This document shows positions 49,694-61,426 of a stretch of DNA of 64,000 bases, in pieces; positions within the stretch are counted from its first letter, which is position 1, and each line of letters opens with the position of its first letter. Location of the stretch: NCBI GenBank assembly GCA_030390025.1, contig CM059431.1:104286001-104350000 (forward strand). The letters are read 5' to 3'. A program made the position numbers and the translations under genes. The notes beneath the pieces are model-generated. The model searched no databases and had not been told where the DNA came from. It saw nothing but the letters and a program-made list of their open reading frames with translations. This stretch comes from Squalus acanthias (taxonomy: Eukaryota).

Positions 49694-52600
49694 TGTGGTA
49701 ACACAATACAGCTTCCTGTGACTCGAACTTTATTGCATCACTTCCTGTGATTAGTCCAGGATAAATATTGGACTGATCAGTTGGATCCTGGAGAGGCATA
49801 GAGTAAGACCTCTTTTGTATGTAGCACCTTTTTAGTTGATTAAAGCTTACTTTAAGTTCACCACGCGTAAGGCTCATTCTTACGACAATTTAATCAACTT
49901 TGGAAAACTTCGCACTCAAACTTTTTGGACGAACTCGGAACTAAGGATCCAGGGAATCACCCATCATGGAAAACATCCTTAAACCATCGCGTCTTGACTT
50001 GGACCCAAACACCCCAGCAGCCGGTAAGGTGTGGAAACACTGGTATCACACGTTTGACAATTTTCTTGAATATTGTAAGGCTGATGATAACTCAAAGTTA
50101 CGGATACTCATCAACTGTGTCACCCCGAATGTATTTCAGTATGTGGAGAAATGGGACAGTTACGAGGAGGCAATTCGGACGCTTAAGAGACTATATACTA
50201 AGACACCGAATGAGGTCTATGCCAGACATCTACTAGCTACAGCCCAACAAGGGCCGGAGGAATCCATTGATAAATTCCTCCAAGAGCTTCGCAGACTTAG
50301 TATGGACTGTAACTTTCGGGCGGCCTCAGCTGAGCTGTACCGTGAAGAAATGATCCGTGATGCTTTCATCTGCGGGCGTGCCTCCCCATTTATACGCCAG
50401 CGTCTACTGGAAAGTAAGACACTTGAGCTTCAGAAAGCTTATGGCATGGCTTGCTCTCTAGATCTGGCAAAAAGGAATGCAGACCTTTATACAGTGCCCA
50501 GACCTCGGTCTACTGCCTTAACTACAGTCAGGCAATTTAAGAGGCCACAGGTGAACTCTATTAGGGAGGTCTTTATCCCTGACGATCAATCTGATGACTT
50601 CACTGATGAAGAGGATGATGACCCCACTGTGGCAGCCTCTTGGCAATCTAAGAAATGCTTCTTTTGTGGTGATGAGTTCCACCCTCGGAAATTCTGCCCT
50701 GCTCACAATGCGTTTTGCAGTCATTGCAACAAAAAGGGTCATTTTGCAAAGGTTTGCCTATCAAGAGCCTCTACAAGGGCTTATCAAGCTATGTCCTACC
50801 GAACTGCCCCGGTAAGGGCCTATCAAGATGTTCCGGCTAAAATCTATCGTGCTTCCTCTCGAAGAAACACACCTAGAGTTTCAGCCACTCTTTGTGCAAC
50901 AACACCAATTACAGCTGCTTGTCCTCAGAACCTATTCCATGCAGCTACAAAAGCATCAATTAATGGACATACTTTAGATGCCTTAATTGACTCAGGTAGC
51001 ACTGATAGTTTCATTAGGGAACAGATTGTTGCGGAGTTAAAGCTACATGTTTTCCCATCGGACCAGGCAGTTGCGATGGCTCAGTCATCACTTAATACCA
51101 GAATTTCTGGCTTTTGTATGGTTGAAATAACACTTAATGGTCGCAGGTATCCCTCCAGCCGGCTTTCGGTGCTCAAGGACTAATGTAGTGATCTTATCTT
51201 AGGGCTGGATTTTCAAAAGCAGCATAAGAAGCTCACCATTGAGTTCGGCGGATCCAAACCTGAACTCACTATTTCTAATATACTACCTCGATTACCGTTC
51301 TGTGCATTGTCAGCAGCTTCACTGGATGAACCCTCACTGTTTTCCAGTATCCCTCCTCGATGCAAACCGATTATAACAAAGTCACGACGTTTCAGTCAGG
51401 AAGACCAGTCTTTTATTGCGGCTGAGATTTCTCGGCTTTTAGCAGAGGATATCATCGAGCCTTGTTCGTCGCCATGGCGCGCCCAGGTCGTTATTGTTAA
51501 GAACCCTCTACAACCTCACAAGAAACGGCTGTGCATTGACTATTCACAGACCATCAATCAATATACGGACTTGGACGCATACCCATTGCCGCGCATCGAT
51601 GATATGGTTAATAAATTGGCTGAGTACACGGTGTTCTCAACATATGATCTAAAAAGTGCCTATCATCAGGTACCCTTGAAGGTCTCAGACAAACAGTATA
51701 CGGCCTTTGAAGCCAATGGACGGCTGTATCAATTTCGTTGCCTCCCCTTTGGGGTCACTAATGGAGTGGCTGTCTTCCAGCGAGCAATGGATGACCTGGT
51801 CAAACAGGAAGACTTGAAGGATACGTTTCCTTATCTGGACAATATTACTGTCGCAGGTCGCAATCAGCGGGAACATGACGCCAATCTCCAACGATTTTGG
51901 GACGCACTCCAGCACCGTAATTTGACATTAAATGCAGCTAAATCCGTTGAGTCACAACCAACCATCAACATCCTTGGCTATTGTGTGGGCAATGGCATCA
52001 TTAAACCTGACCCTGAAAGGCTTCGCCCACTCCAAGAACTCCCGCCACCTAAGAATCCGGCCTCCTTGCGCCGGGCCCTCGGCCTGTTTGCATACTATGC
52101 TAAATGGATTCCTAACTTCTCGGACCGAATCCAACCTCTACTGAAGGCCAGCACATTCCCACTAGACACAGCGGCTGTTGCAGCCTTTAACCTCCTGAAA
52201 AAACAGTTGGAGAAAGCGACTCTTCACTCCATCGATGAGAGTCTTCCTTTTGTCATTGAGTGTGATGCCTCGGAGGTGGCGATCTCGGCCACTCTGAATC
52301 AGGAAGGTCGTCCGGTGGCATTTTTGTCCAGGACTTTTCAAGGGGCTGAGCTACATTTTCCTCCAGTCGAGAAAGAAGCTACAGCCATCATAGAGGCAGT
52401 ACGGAAGTGGAGTCATCTCCTAGCTCGCCAGCACTTTACCTTAATCACGGACCAGCGATCGGTCGCCTTCATGCTCGATAATCGAAAACGGACCAAAATT
52501 AAAAATAATAAAATCCGGCTTTGGCGGCTGGAATTGGCCTCTTTTGGTTACACCATCCACTATCAACCTGGCAAGGAGAATGTGGCTCCGGATACCCTCA

Positions 52601-54154
52601 CACGAGCATTCTGCTCCGCCATGACACCCTCTACGCTCGTAGACATCCATGATGGGTTGTGTCATCCGGGCGTTACTCGCATGCTACACTTCGTGCGGTC
52701 CCGAAATCTCCCATTCTCTACCGTGGATGTAAAGAAGATGTGCTCGGACTGCAGAGTCTGTGCGGAATTGAAACCTCGGTTTTTCCGCCCCTCGGGTGGT
52801 ATACTCATACATGCGACCCAGCCAATGCAACGGCTTAGCATCGATTTTAAGGGGCCGTTGCCCTCTTCAACTCGCAACACTTATCTATTGACCATGGTCG
52901 ATGAGTATTCCCGTTTTCCGTTTGCCTTTCCCTGCCCCAATATGCTGATGACCACGGTTATCAGCTGCCTTGAGCAGGTATTTGCTTTCTGTGGCATGGC
53001 ATCCTATGTTCATTCGGATCGGGGCCCTTCTTTTATGTCAGGAGAACTCAAGGCCTATCTCTCGGAACGGGGTATTGCTGCCAGCAAAACGACGCCTTAT
53101 CATCCGGTCGGGAATGGGCAAGTCGAGCGTTTTAACGCTATCATCTGGAATGCGGTACGTCTGGCTTTGTGATCTCGGGGCCTACCCAACCAGCAATGGG
53201 AAGCAGTACTTCCAGACGCATTACACTCCACACGGTCCCTCCTTTCGACCGCCACAATTACGACGCCTCATGAACGGTTCTTCCGATTTCAGCGTCGCTC
53301 ATCCTATGGGATATCTCTCCCGTCGTGGCTGACTGCACCGGGACCAGTGCTACTCCGAAGATATGTCCGGGCGTCTAAGAATGACCCCCTGGTAGATGAG
53401 GTTGAGCTCACTGACGTCAACCCTACCTACGCCTATATTCGGTATCCTGACGGTCGGGAATCTACCGTGTCATTGCGGGATCTGGCTCCCTGCCCGCCGA
53501 AACATAGAGGGACACCAGGGGATGATATTGTACCAGGCACATCTCTGGGCTCGCCAGGTGCCTCTCATCACGATCTGGATCTGACGCCGGCTGGTACCTC
53601 ACTCCAGCGTGCTGACCTGGGGCAGACTGACTATGAGCCCGTCGGGGCTCGCACGCGCAGCCACGATCCACCCCGTACCGTACGCTCGGAAACGGATCTG
53701 CCACAGCCCTGCCCGTTCGGGCACCAGTACACAGTCAGGATCGTCCTGACCCCTCACAGAGCGGGCTGGATCACTCGGACTCTGGTCCACGGCCCGCGGC
53801 GGGTAAACGGGCTAGGGGCCCTCTACCGCTACGAGAACCCAAACGGGTGCGGCTCTCCCTCGTCCAGCGGCTACGAAATGGAGGGAGAATGTGGTAACAC
53901 AATACAGCTTCCTGTAACTCGAACTTCATCCCGGCCTCCTAATCTTTTGGGGGGGGAGAATGTGGTAACACAATACAGCTTCCTGTGACTCGAACTTTAT
54001 TGCATCACTTCCTGTGATTAGTCCAGGATAAATACTGGACTGATCAGTTGGATCCTGGAGAGGCATAGAGTAAGACCTCTTTTGTATGTAGCACCTTTTT
54101 AGTTGATTAAAGCTTACTTTAAGTTCACCACGCGTAAGGCTCATTCTTACGACA
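49694..54154 (+). mobile_element. Full-length Ty3/Gypsy (Mag-like) LTR retrotransposon
   Basis: 194-bp LTRs (49694-49887, 53961-54154) differing at one base by eye; 5-bp TSD ATTAA; PPT GGGGGGGGAGAA. Confidence 0.96.
49966..53988 (+). pseudogene. gag-pol: Single gag-pol frame (double Zn knuckle, protease, RT, RNase H, integrase) with two nonsense codons (51181, 53170)
   Basis: Three collinear in-frame ORFs; motifs CFFCG..H..C / CSHCNKKGHFAKVC, LIDSGS, LPFG, YLDN, CDAS, HHCC, SDRG, GQVER. Confidence 0.92.
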
Positions 54155-55300
54155 ATTAATATATATTGTGAATAGCTGGGGTCCAAGGACCGATCCCTAC
54201 GGTACCCCACTAGTCACTGCCTGCCACTCGGAAAAAGACCCGTTTATTCCAACTCTTTGCTTCCTGTCTGCGAACCAGTTCTCTATCCAAGTCACTACCT
54301 TGCCCCCAATCCCATGTGCCTTAACTCCCCTGCTCTTCTTCTAAATAGTGGCTGTGGGATCTTTAACGCCCACCTGAGAGAGCAGACGGGGCCTCGGTTC
54401 AACATCTCATCCGAAAGACGGCACCTCCGCCAGTGCAGCGCTCCCTCGGCACTGTACTGGGAGTGTTAGTCTGGACTTATGTGCTCAAGGTCCTTGGAGT
54501 GGGAATCTGAACCCACAACCTTCTGGCTCAGAGGTAAGTGGTGCTACCCACTGAGCCACAGCTGACACTGCTACAATCATTGCTGTACTGCAATTTATGT
54601 AGCTCCCTCATTAATAGAGAAACCGAATGAAGCCTCACCTTTAACCGGACTCTTGATGAAACGTTATTTTTGAATAGCTCCCAAAAACCACTTTTTAATG
54701 AGAGGATGCTATATTTGTATTAGCCATGTACTTGTGATTTTTCTAATTTGCTTCATCAAATGGGAATATTGCAATGCTATGTATCAAATTGAGAATGTTT
54801 TCCACAGAGACCGAGAAAGGTTAAGGCTCTGTTTGTATTATATATCATCTTAGACAAGGTGAAAACAAGTACTAGACGATTCAATTCCCTTTCTGACGTG
54901 TACATCAGTTGTTATCAATGCTCCGGCCACCTGTATGTTGTAAAATTATGCAAATAGATGTAATGGTGCTATTTATCAGGGACTTTTGTGAGGTCAGGTC
55001 AATGCTGATTAACTAATTATTCTGTTGCATATCGCTATGGACAGCGGGATTTTATGATATTAGAAAAGCAGTAGGAACTTTGCTGATCTGAATATTAATT
55101 GATGAGCTATTGTAGTATTTTAAATCATTCAATTATGTAAATATTGACTGAAGTGTGGACCCCAGTTCAGCAAGGACCCGCATAAATCCTTCGAGAAATC
55201 ATGCAGATGATAATGACTCAAAACATTACTGAAGTGCTAATCGCCAAGCTGTACGTCAATCATGGGTTTTAGCAAACTCGATAATGCAAATGTCGGACAT

Positions 55301-56396
55301 GGGTTAGAAATTGGGCATCACTAACTTTTGAGAAGTTGGAAGTTTAGCGCCAGGCGCTAATCAACCTCGCTGCCCGCTAAATTCAGTCCCAGCGCTCAAA
55401 GAATGCAGCGAAGCGCTAAATCAGGCGCTAATGGCGTAGGTGAGTGGCGTTAGGCTCCAAGTGATAACGAATATGAGGTATTGTGTAATCGGGAGAGAAA
55501 GAAAGACCTGCATTTATATAGCGCCTTTCACGACCACCGGATGTCTCAAAGCGCTTTTCAGCCAATGAAATACTTTTGAAGTGTAGTCACTGTTGTAATG
55601 TGGGAAACACGGCAGCCAATTTGCGCACAGCAAGCTCCCACAAACAGCAATGTGATAATGACCAGATAATCTGCTTTTGTTATGTTGGTTGAGGGATAAA
55701 TATTGGCCAGGACACCGGGGAGAACTCCCTCTACTCATCTTCGAAATAGTGCCTTGGGATCTTTTACGTCCACCTAAGAGAGCAGACGGGGGCCTCAGTT
55801 TAACGTCTCATCCGAAAGATGGCACCTCTGACAGTGCAGCAATGGCGCAGGCGCCTTCCAGCCATTAAAGGGCAGGGTCACTGGAGTCTGCACACCAGCC
55901 CCCAGTGATTCGGGGAGTGCAGAACGGCGAAATGCTGTGCGATGAAATGCAAAGTCCTTTGACGGCCCGCAACACTCCGGGGTCGAAGCAGCCTTTATTT
56001 GACTGCAGATACATCCTGCGCTCTCGGCCACTCATAACTGACCTTTGCAATGGAAGTTCCTTGACAGCTGGAGCATCCCTTTAATAAGCGCCCCACCAGC
56101 TACCAGCCGGCTGGTTCACGCTTCCGCTCCCTGGCGCTGTCGGTGCGAGGTGATAAGGCGGGGGGCGTTACTGATGTTTGAAGATCGGGCGCCCAGCGAG
56201 CGGTGCACACTCACTGACGTCACGATCTGCATGGCAAAAGGTGCCGAGGCGCTAACGGTTATCGCCGGCGCTACGGGGCCGGTGAATTTGCCATGCGGCG
56301 TGGGATTCGCCCCGCCGCGGCGCTACTGCCTGAGTGCCCTGTTAGTGCCCCCGCCAGGCGCTAACTGTGGGCACTAACATGCCGAATTTCACCCCC
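55301..56396. mobile_element. Harbinger-like MITE with a nested DeuSINE (55497-55840, -)
   Basis: GGGTTAGAAATT / AATTTCACCCCC termini; TAGCGCC/GGCGCTA motifs. Confidence 0.7.
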
Positions 56397-56477
56397 ATAA
56401 AATCATAGAATTCTAGCACAGAAGGAGGCCATTTGGCCCATTGTGCCTGTGCCAGCTCTTTGAAAGAACTTTCCAAT

Positions 56478-57252
56478 CAGTAACATTCGCGCCACACAAG
56501 TGCCAGGCAATGACTATCTCCAACAAGTGAGCATCTAACCACCGCCCCTTGATATTCAATGGCATTATCTTCACCGAATCCCTCACAATCAATATCCTGG
56601 GGGTCACCATTGACCAGAAACTTAACTAGACCAGCCACATAAATACTGTGGCAACAAGAGCAGGTCAGAGGTTGGGTATTCTGTGGCGAGTGTCTCACCT
56701 CCTGACTCCCCAAAGTCTTTCTATCATCTACAAGGCACAAGTCAGGAGTGTGATGGAATACTCTCCACTTGCCTGGGTGAGTGCAGCTCCAACAACACTC
56801 AAGAAGCTCAACACCATCCAAGACAAAGCAGCCCGCTTGATTGGCTCCCAATCCACCACCTTAAACATTCACTCCCTCCACCAGCGTACTGTGGCTGCAG
56901 TGTGTACCATCTACAAGATGCACCGCAGCAACTCGCCAAGGCTTCTTCAGCAGCGCCTCCCAAACCCGCAACCTCTTCCACCTAGAAGGACAAGGGCAGC
57001 AGGGTGCATGGGAACACCACCACCTCCAAGATCCCCTCCAAGTCACACACCATCCTGACTTGGAAGTATATCGCCGTTCCTTCATTGTCGCTGGGTCAAA
57101 ATCCTGGAACTCCCTCCCTAACAGCGCTGTGGGAGTACCTTCACCACATGGACTGCAGCGGTTCAAGAAGGCAACTCACCACCACCTTCTCAAGGGCAAT
57201 TAGGGATGGACAATAAATGCCGGCCTTGCCAGCGACGCCCACATCCCATAAA
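56478..57252 (+). mobile_element. CR1-group LINE 3' fragment inserted in a minus-strand CR1 tail (56400-56477, 57255-57465)
   Basis: Homologous to 18555-19330. Confidence 0.85.
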
Positions 57253-57948
57253 CAAATAACTTCCCTGCTCTTCCCCCACAGCCCTGCATTTATTTTCCTT
57301 TTCAAGTATTTATCCAATTCCCTTTTGAAAGTTACTATTGAATCTGCTTCCACCGCCCTTTCAGGCAGCGCATTCCTGCATAAAAATGAATTCTCCTCAT
57401 CTGCCCCCTGGTTCTTTTGCCAATTATCTTCAATCTGAGTCCTCTGGTTACTGACCCTCCTGCCATACATGCCTGTATGCTTTAAATATCGATCTATATA
57501 TAGTTAAAAATTGTGTGTCAACACACCACACTTTAAATGTATAGGGAGGCACAGTAAGCCTGTTTTCAGTATGGACAAACAATATTTATAGCTTCCTGTA
57601 GCTATCTGTAGTTCATTAACTCCCTTTGTGGATCTAGCTGAACTCAGATATATCGGCCGGAATTTTCTTTACCTGTGCAAGGCAGGTGCGGGCGGTCGGT
57701 GTGGGGGGTCGGGACCCCGTTCCTCATTTCATGCCGCTCCTCAGAACGACTTTCCCTTAATGAGGCCTATTAAGGCAGCCCTGCGCGTTACCCGGCCCTA
57801 TGAAATGGTGCAGGTCTGATGACGACATCGATAACTCATTTTCAGCCGGGATATTTAAAGGAGCCACGGCCACATTGCATTTGAAGGTTGATCTAGGAGT
57901 GTGCAGGCAGTATAGTTTATCATTTGGGTCTTGCTAAGCCTTGAACAC

Positions 57949-58679
57949 ATGACTGCACAGAGGCAGAGGGCTGCACCCAGAGGTTCTCAGATGGCTCCCT
58001 CCATATGCTTGTGGAGGGAGTCAGAGCACGCAGGGAGGTCCTCTTCCCTTCTGATAGGTGCAAGAGTCTCCCCAGCAGACCAAAAGAGCTTGGCTGGAGA
58101 TAACAGGGGAGGTAAAGAGCAAGGATGTTGTGAGGAGGACCTGGGTGCTGTGCCAGAAACGTTTCAATGATCTCATTAGATCAGGAAAGATGAGAACAAA
58201 GCCACACTCAACCTCATCCTGCTGTGCCTCTCATCACATCTCCATCACTCTGCCTTCTCTACCCTACTCCTGCACATCCTTACTCACACCAACTTACCTT
58301 GCACGTCCACCCATCCCTCTCTCTCTCTATCTACATTATCACATCCCCACCTCACTAGCCACCCCTCACACTCACCCTCATCCTAATGCAATCATACCAA
58401 CTAACAACACACAAGGAGGCCACTTGGCTTTGGCACCCCACTCCATCATAGTCACCCTCTAAAGATGTAACCCATCCATTCCATCACTCTCACTCAAACT
58501 TCTCTTCCCCTCCTTGCAGGAGAAGAAAGCCCACAATAAGAGGGAGAGGGAGAGAACCTGAGGTGGCCCTCCATCATTGGCCACGTTAAATCCAGCAGAG
58601 GAGGTCTCTCCGGACGTCTCAGGAGTTGCAGAGCACCTGGAGGTGGGAGATAGAGAGAGGAGGACATCTCAGCAACCTG
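57949..58679 (+). pseudogene. Harbinger Myb/SANT-like DNA-binding gene, exons ~57949-58189 and 58520-58679
   Basis: AAPR..SLHMLVEGVRARREVLFP..AWLEI..RRTWVLCQKRFNDL; acceptor TTGCAG|EKKAHNKRERERT*GG; donor GT mutated to AT. Confidence 0.75.
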
Positions 58680-58899
58680 GTGACAGAATTACATCTCATC
58701 CAGTCACATGGTATACAGCAGTCACTCAATTGGGGACTGATGTCAGCAGCCAAGTGAATGTTCATCAAGTGCATAATGGTATTGTTACCCATTCATGATA
58801 TGGCATTTCTAAATCATCTCTTTACTCTCCCACAGGTCCATCAAGAGCTCCCCCCCACTCTCCCCACCACCACCACCACCACCACTGTCCAGGAGGGAA

Positions 58900-60089
58900 A
58901 GGAAGATGAATCCTCAGAGGAGCCTCCAACCTCATGTTCCTCCTGCTCTTACTCCTCCTCATCTTCCAGCTGATGCTCCTCCTCCTCCTCTGAAGAGGCT
59001 GTGCGCTCAGTACCTTGCTCTTCATGCAGCACTAATCCTCAGTGCTGCGCTATGTTGTGCAGGGTACAGCAGACCACGATGATTCTGGAGACCCTGGCTG
59101 GTGCGTACTGAAGGGCTCCTCCAGATCTGTCAAGGCATCTGAAGCACCTTGTCAGCATGCCTATTTTCTGCTCTATGACACATCTGGTGGACATGTGGCT
59201 TTCATTATCTCTCTCATCGGCCTCAGTACTTGGCCTCCTCAAGGGTGTAATGAGCCACGTCTTCAGTGGATAGCCCTTGTCTCCAAGCAGCCGGCTGGAA
59301 AGTCTGTTTGGAGGAGCGAAGAGCTGAGGGAGGGTGGACTGGTGCAGGACAAAAGAGTCATGACAGCTGCCAGGGAATTTGGAGCACACATGCATGATGA
59401 TCTTCCTATGGCTGCAGACCAGCTGCACATTGAGGGAGTGGAAGCCTTTGTGGTTGACAAAGACTCCTGGGTTATGATGAGATGCCCTGATGGCCACATG
59501 TGTGCAGTTGCTGATGCCCTGCACCCGTGGGAAGCCAGCCAGAGCAGCAAAGCTGAGCACACGCTCAGTAACACTGGCGGCATCAGTGGCAAAGCTGATA
59601 TAATTGACTGACTTGTCAAACAGGGCATGGGTGACCTGTGTGATGCACCTGTGGGCGGCCGACTGTGAGATGCCGCAAATGTCTGCTGCAGATCCCTGGA
59701 AGGAGCCTGAGGTGAAGAAGTTGAGGGCGCTGGTGACTTTGACAGCCACTGGTAAGGCATGTCCACCAGGTCCTCTGGGCTGGAGGTCTTGCTCCAGTAA
59801 GCTGCAAATGTCTGTGAGAAATGGCACGTAAGCCTGAGCCTCCTTTAGCACTGCTGCTCAGTCGTGTTGAGGAAGCTCATCCTCTGCCTGTATACCCTGT
59901 GTTGGGGGTATCGCCTCCGGCGCGGTGCAGCCCTGCGCTGATGCCCTCTGTCCTGTGAAACACCAGGTGGTTGCGGAGAAGATTGGTGGTGTTGTTGTTG
60001 GTGCTGCTGGTGTGCCTGGTGCTCCAGGTATTGGGGCTCATCGTGGTCCGATTCTGAGGACCAAGGTGAAACAGTATAAACGGCATTCA
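58900..60089 (-). pseudogene. Harbinger (HARBI1-like DDE) transposase, frameshifted
   Basis: [69 protein letters not shown]. Confidence 0.9.
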
Positions 60090-60111
60090 TGCTGATGTAA
60101 TAGATGTAATA

Positions 60112-60531
60112 GGGCAACACGGTGGCATAGTGGTTAGCACTGGTGCCTCACAGCGCCAGAGACCCGGGTTCGAATCTGACCTCGGGTGACTGTCTGTGTG
60201 GAGTTTGCACATTCTCCCCGTGTCTGCGTGGGTTTCCTCCGGGTGCTCCGGTTTCCTCCCACTGTCCAAAAATGTGCGGGTTAGGTTGATTTGGCTATGA
60301 TAAATTGACCCTTAGTGTTAGGGGGGGATTAAATATGTGGGGTTATGGGGATAGGATGGGATATGTTAGGGGGAATTAAATACGTGGGGTTACGGGGGTT
60401 GGGTGGGATATGTGTACTGTGGGGATTAAAGCAGGGACAGGGTACTGGATTTGAATGATCAGCCATGATCGTATTGAATGGTGGTGCAGGCTCGACGGGC
60501 CGAATGGCCTACTCCTGCTCCTAGATTCTAT
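60112..60531 (+). mobile_element. HE1-like V-SINE (tail continues at 61427-61453)
   Basis: Near-identical to 5818-6287. Confidence 0.9.
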
Positions 60532-61426
60532 GGGGTAAAAATTCACTTGGTTGCGCCGCCTGTTAGCGCCTTAAGAGGGCGCTAATGGGGCGCAAAGCCG
60601 CTAACGCCCGGGCGCAGCGATGTTTGCGCCGCTCGAGAACTTAACTTGAGATTGTGCGGCGGCGCTAAAACTTACCGCTGCGACCACCTGCGCGCGCAGA
60701 TTGTGACGTCATTCCATGGTGCAACGCCCTTGGGGCGCCCCGTAGCGGAAATTGAGTGGCGCCCCCTGCCTTACCGCCTGGCGCTTCCAACGACCAGAAG
60801 ACTGGAACGCTATCAATCGCTGTGGGGCTGGGGGGGGGGCGCTATTTAAAGGGGGCCTCTTCCTGTCTTTTATTGTTGGTGGCATTTTTGAACTACGCAT
60901 TCTGAGAGAGAGAGGGAGAGACTTCTGGAGAGATTCAACGTTGTGTGAAGGAGTTTTGGGTACTGAGCAGCACTTTGCAGGTTCATTTTGATTTGCCATT
61001 CCTTGTATCGATTTAGCAGAGACCGTGGGAGCTGCACTCTGACCTCTTTGCCTGGTGCTCTCCATTGTTCTTTCCAGCACATTTGATGTGCAAGTCTCTC
61101 CAGGCCGAGATTCAAGGCAGCAATGAACAGGATGTGGATGGAAAGCAAGATTAACCATCCCCTTTAAGAACTGGCCCGTGCCATTGTGTGTGTGTTCCAT
61201 TGCTGACTGACATTACATGAGCTTCGCCAGCGCTCCGAGTTAGCGCCTCACTGCTCGGCCTTTGCGCCTTAAGAGAGGTGTGCAGCGCCTGCTTTAACGC
61301 TCCACTCACCTCCCGGGGCGGTAAAAGTGAAGTTTCCCGTCAGTGCCGATAATTAGCGCCAGGCGCTAATATTTGCGTCCGGACGATATTTGCGCCCCAA
61401 ATGGGGCGCGACCTAATTTTTACCCC
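60532..61426. mobile_element. Non-autonomous Harbinger-like element, copy 2, inserted in the SINE tail
   Basis: Perfect TIR GGGGTAAAAATT, 3-bp TSD TAT. Confidence 0.9.

Larger units (their letters stand above)
48721..54322 (-). mobile_element. CR1 LINE 3' portion (48721-49693 plus 54160-54322) interrupted by a Gypsy element
   Basis: ORF 48821-49651 with KFADDTKL, LQDDLDRL, LYRALVRPHLEYC; continues GVP.GSVLGP beyond the Gypsy. Confidence 0.92.
48497..54568 (-). mobile_element. DeuSINE split into 48497-48720 and 54323-54568 by a CR1 insertion
   Basis: The two halves join at GAGAACTC|CCCTGCTCTTC; AACTC is present on both sides. Confidence 0.8.

Noticed and set aside
59039..59851. Domesticated HARBI1 host gene
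   Set aside because: Frameshifted, catalytic-region substitution (GISNCTH), and embedded in a TIR-bounded element with a decayed Myb partner
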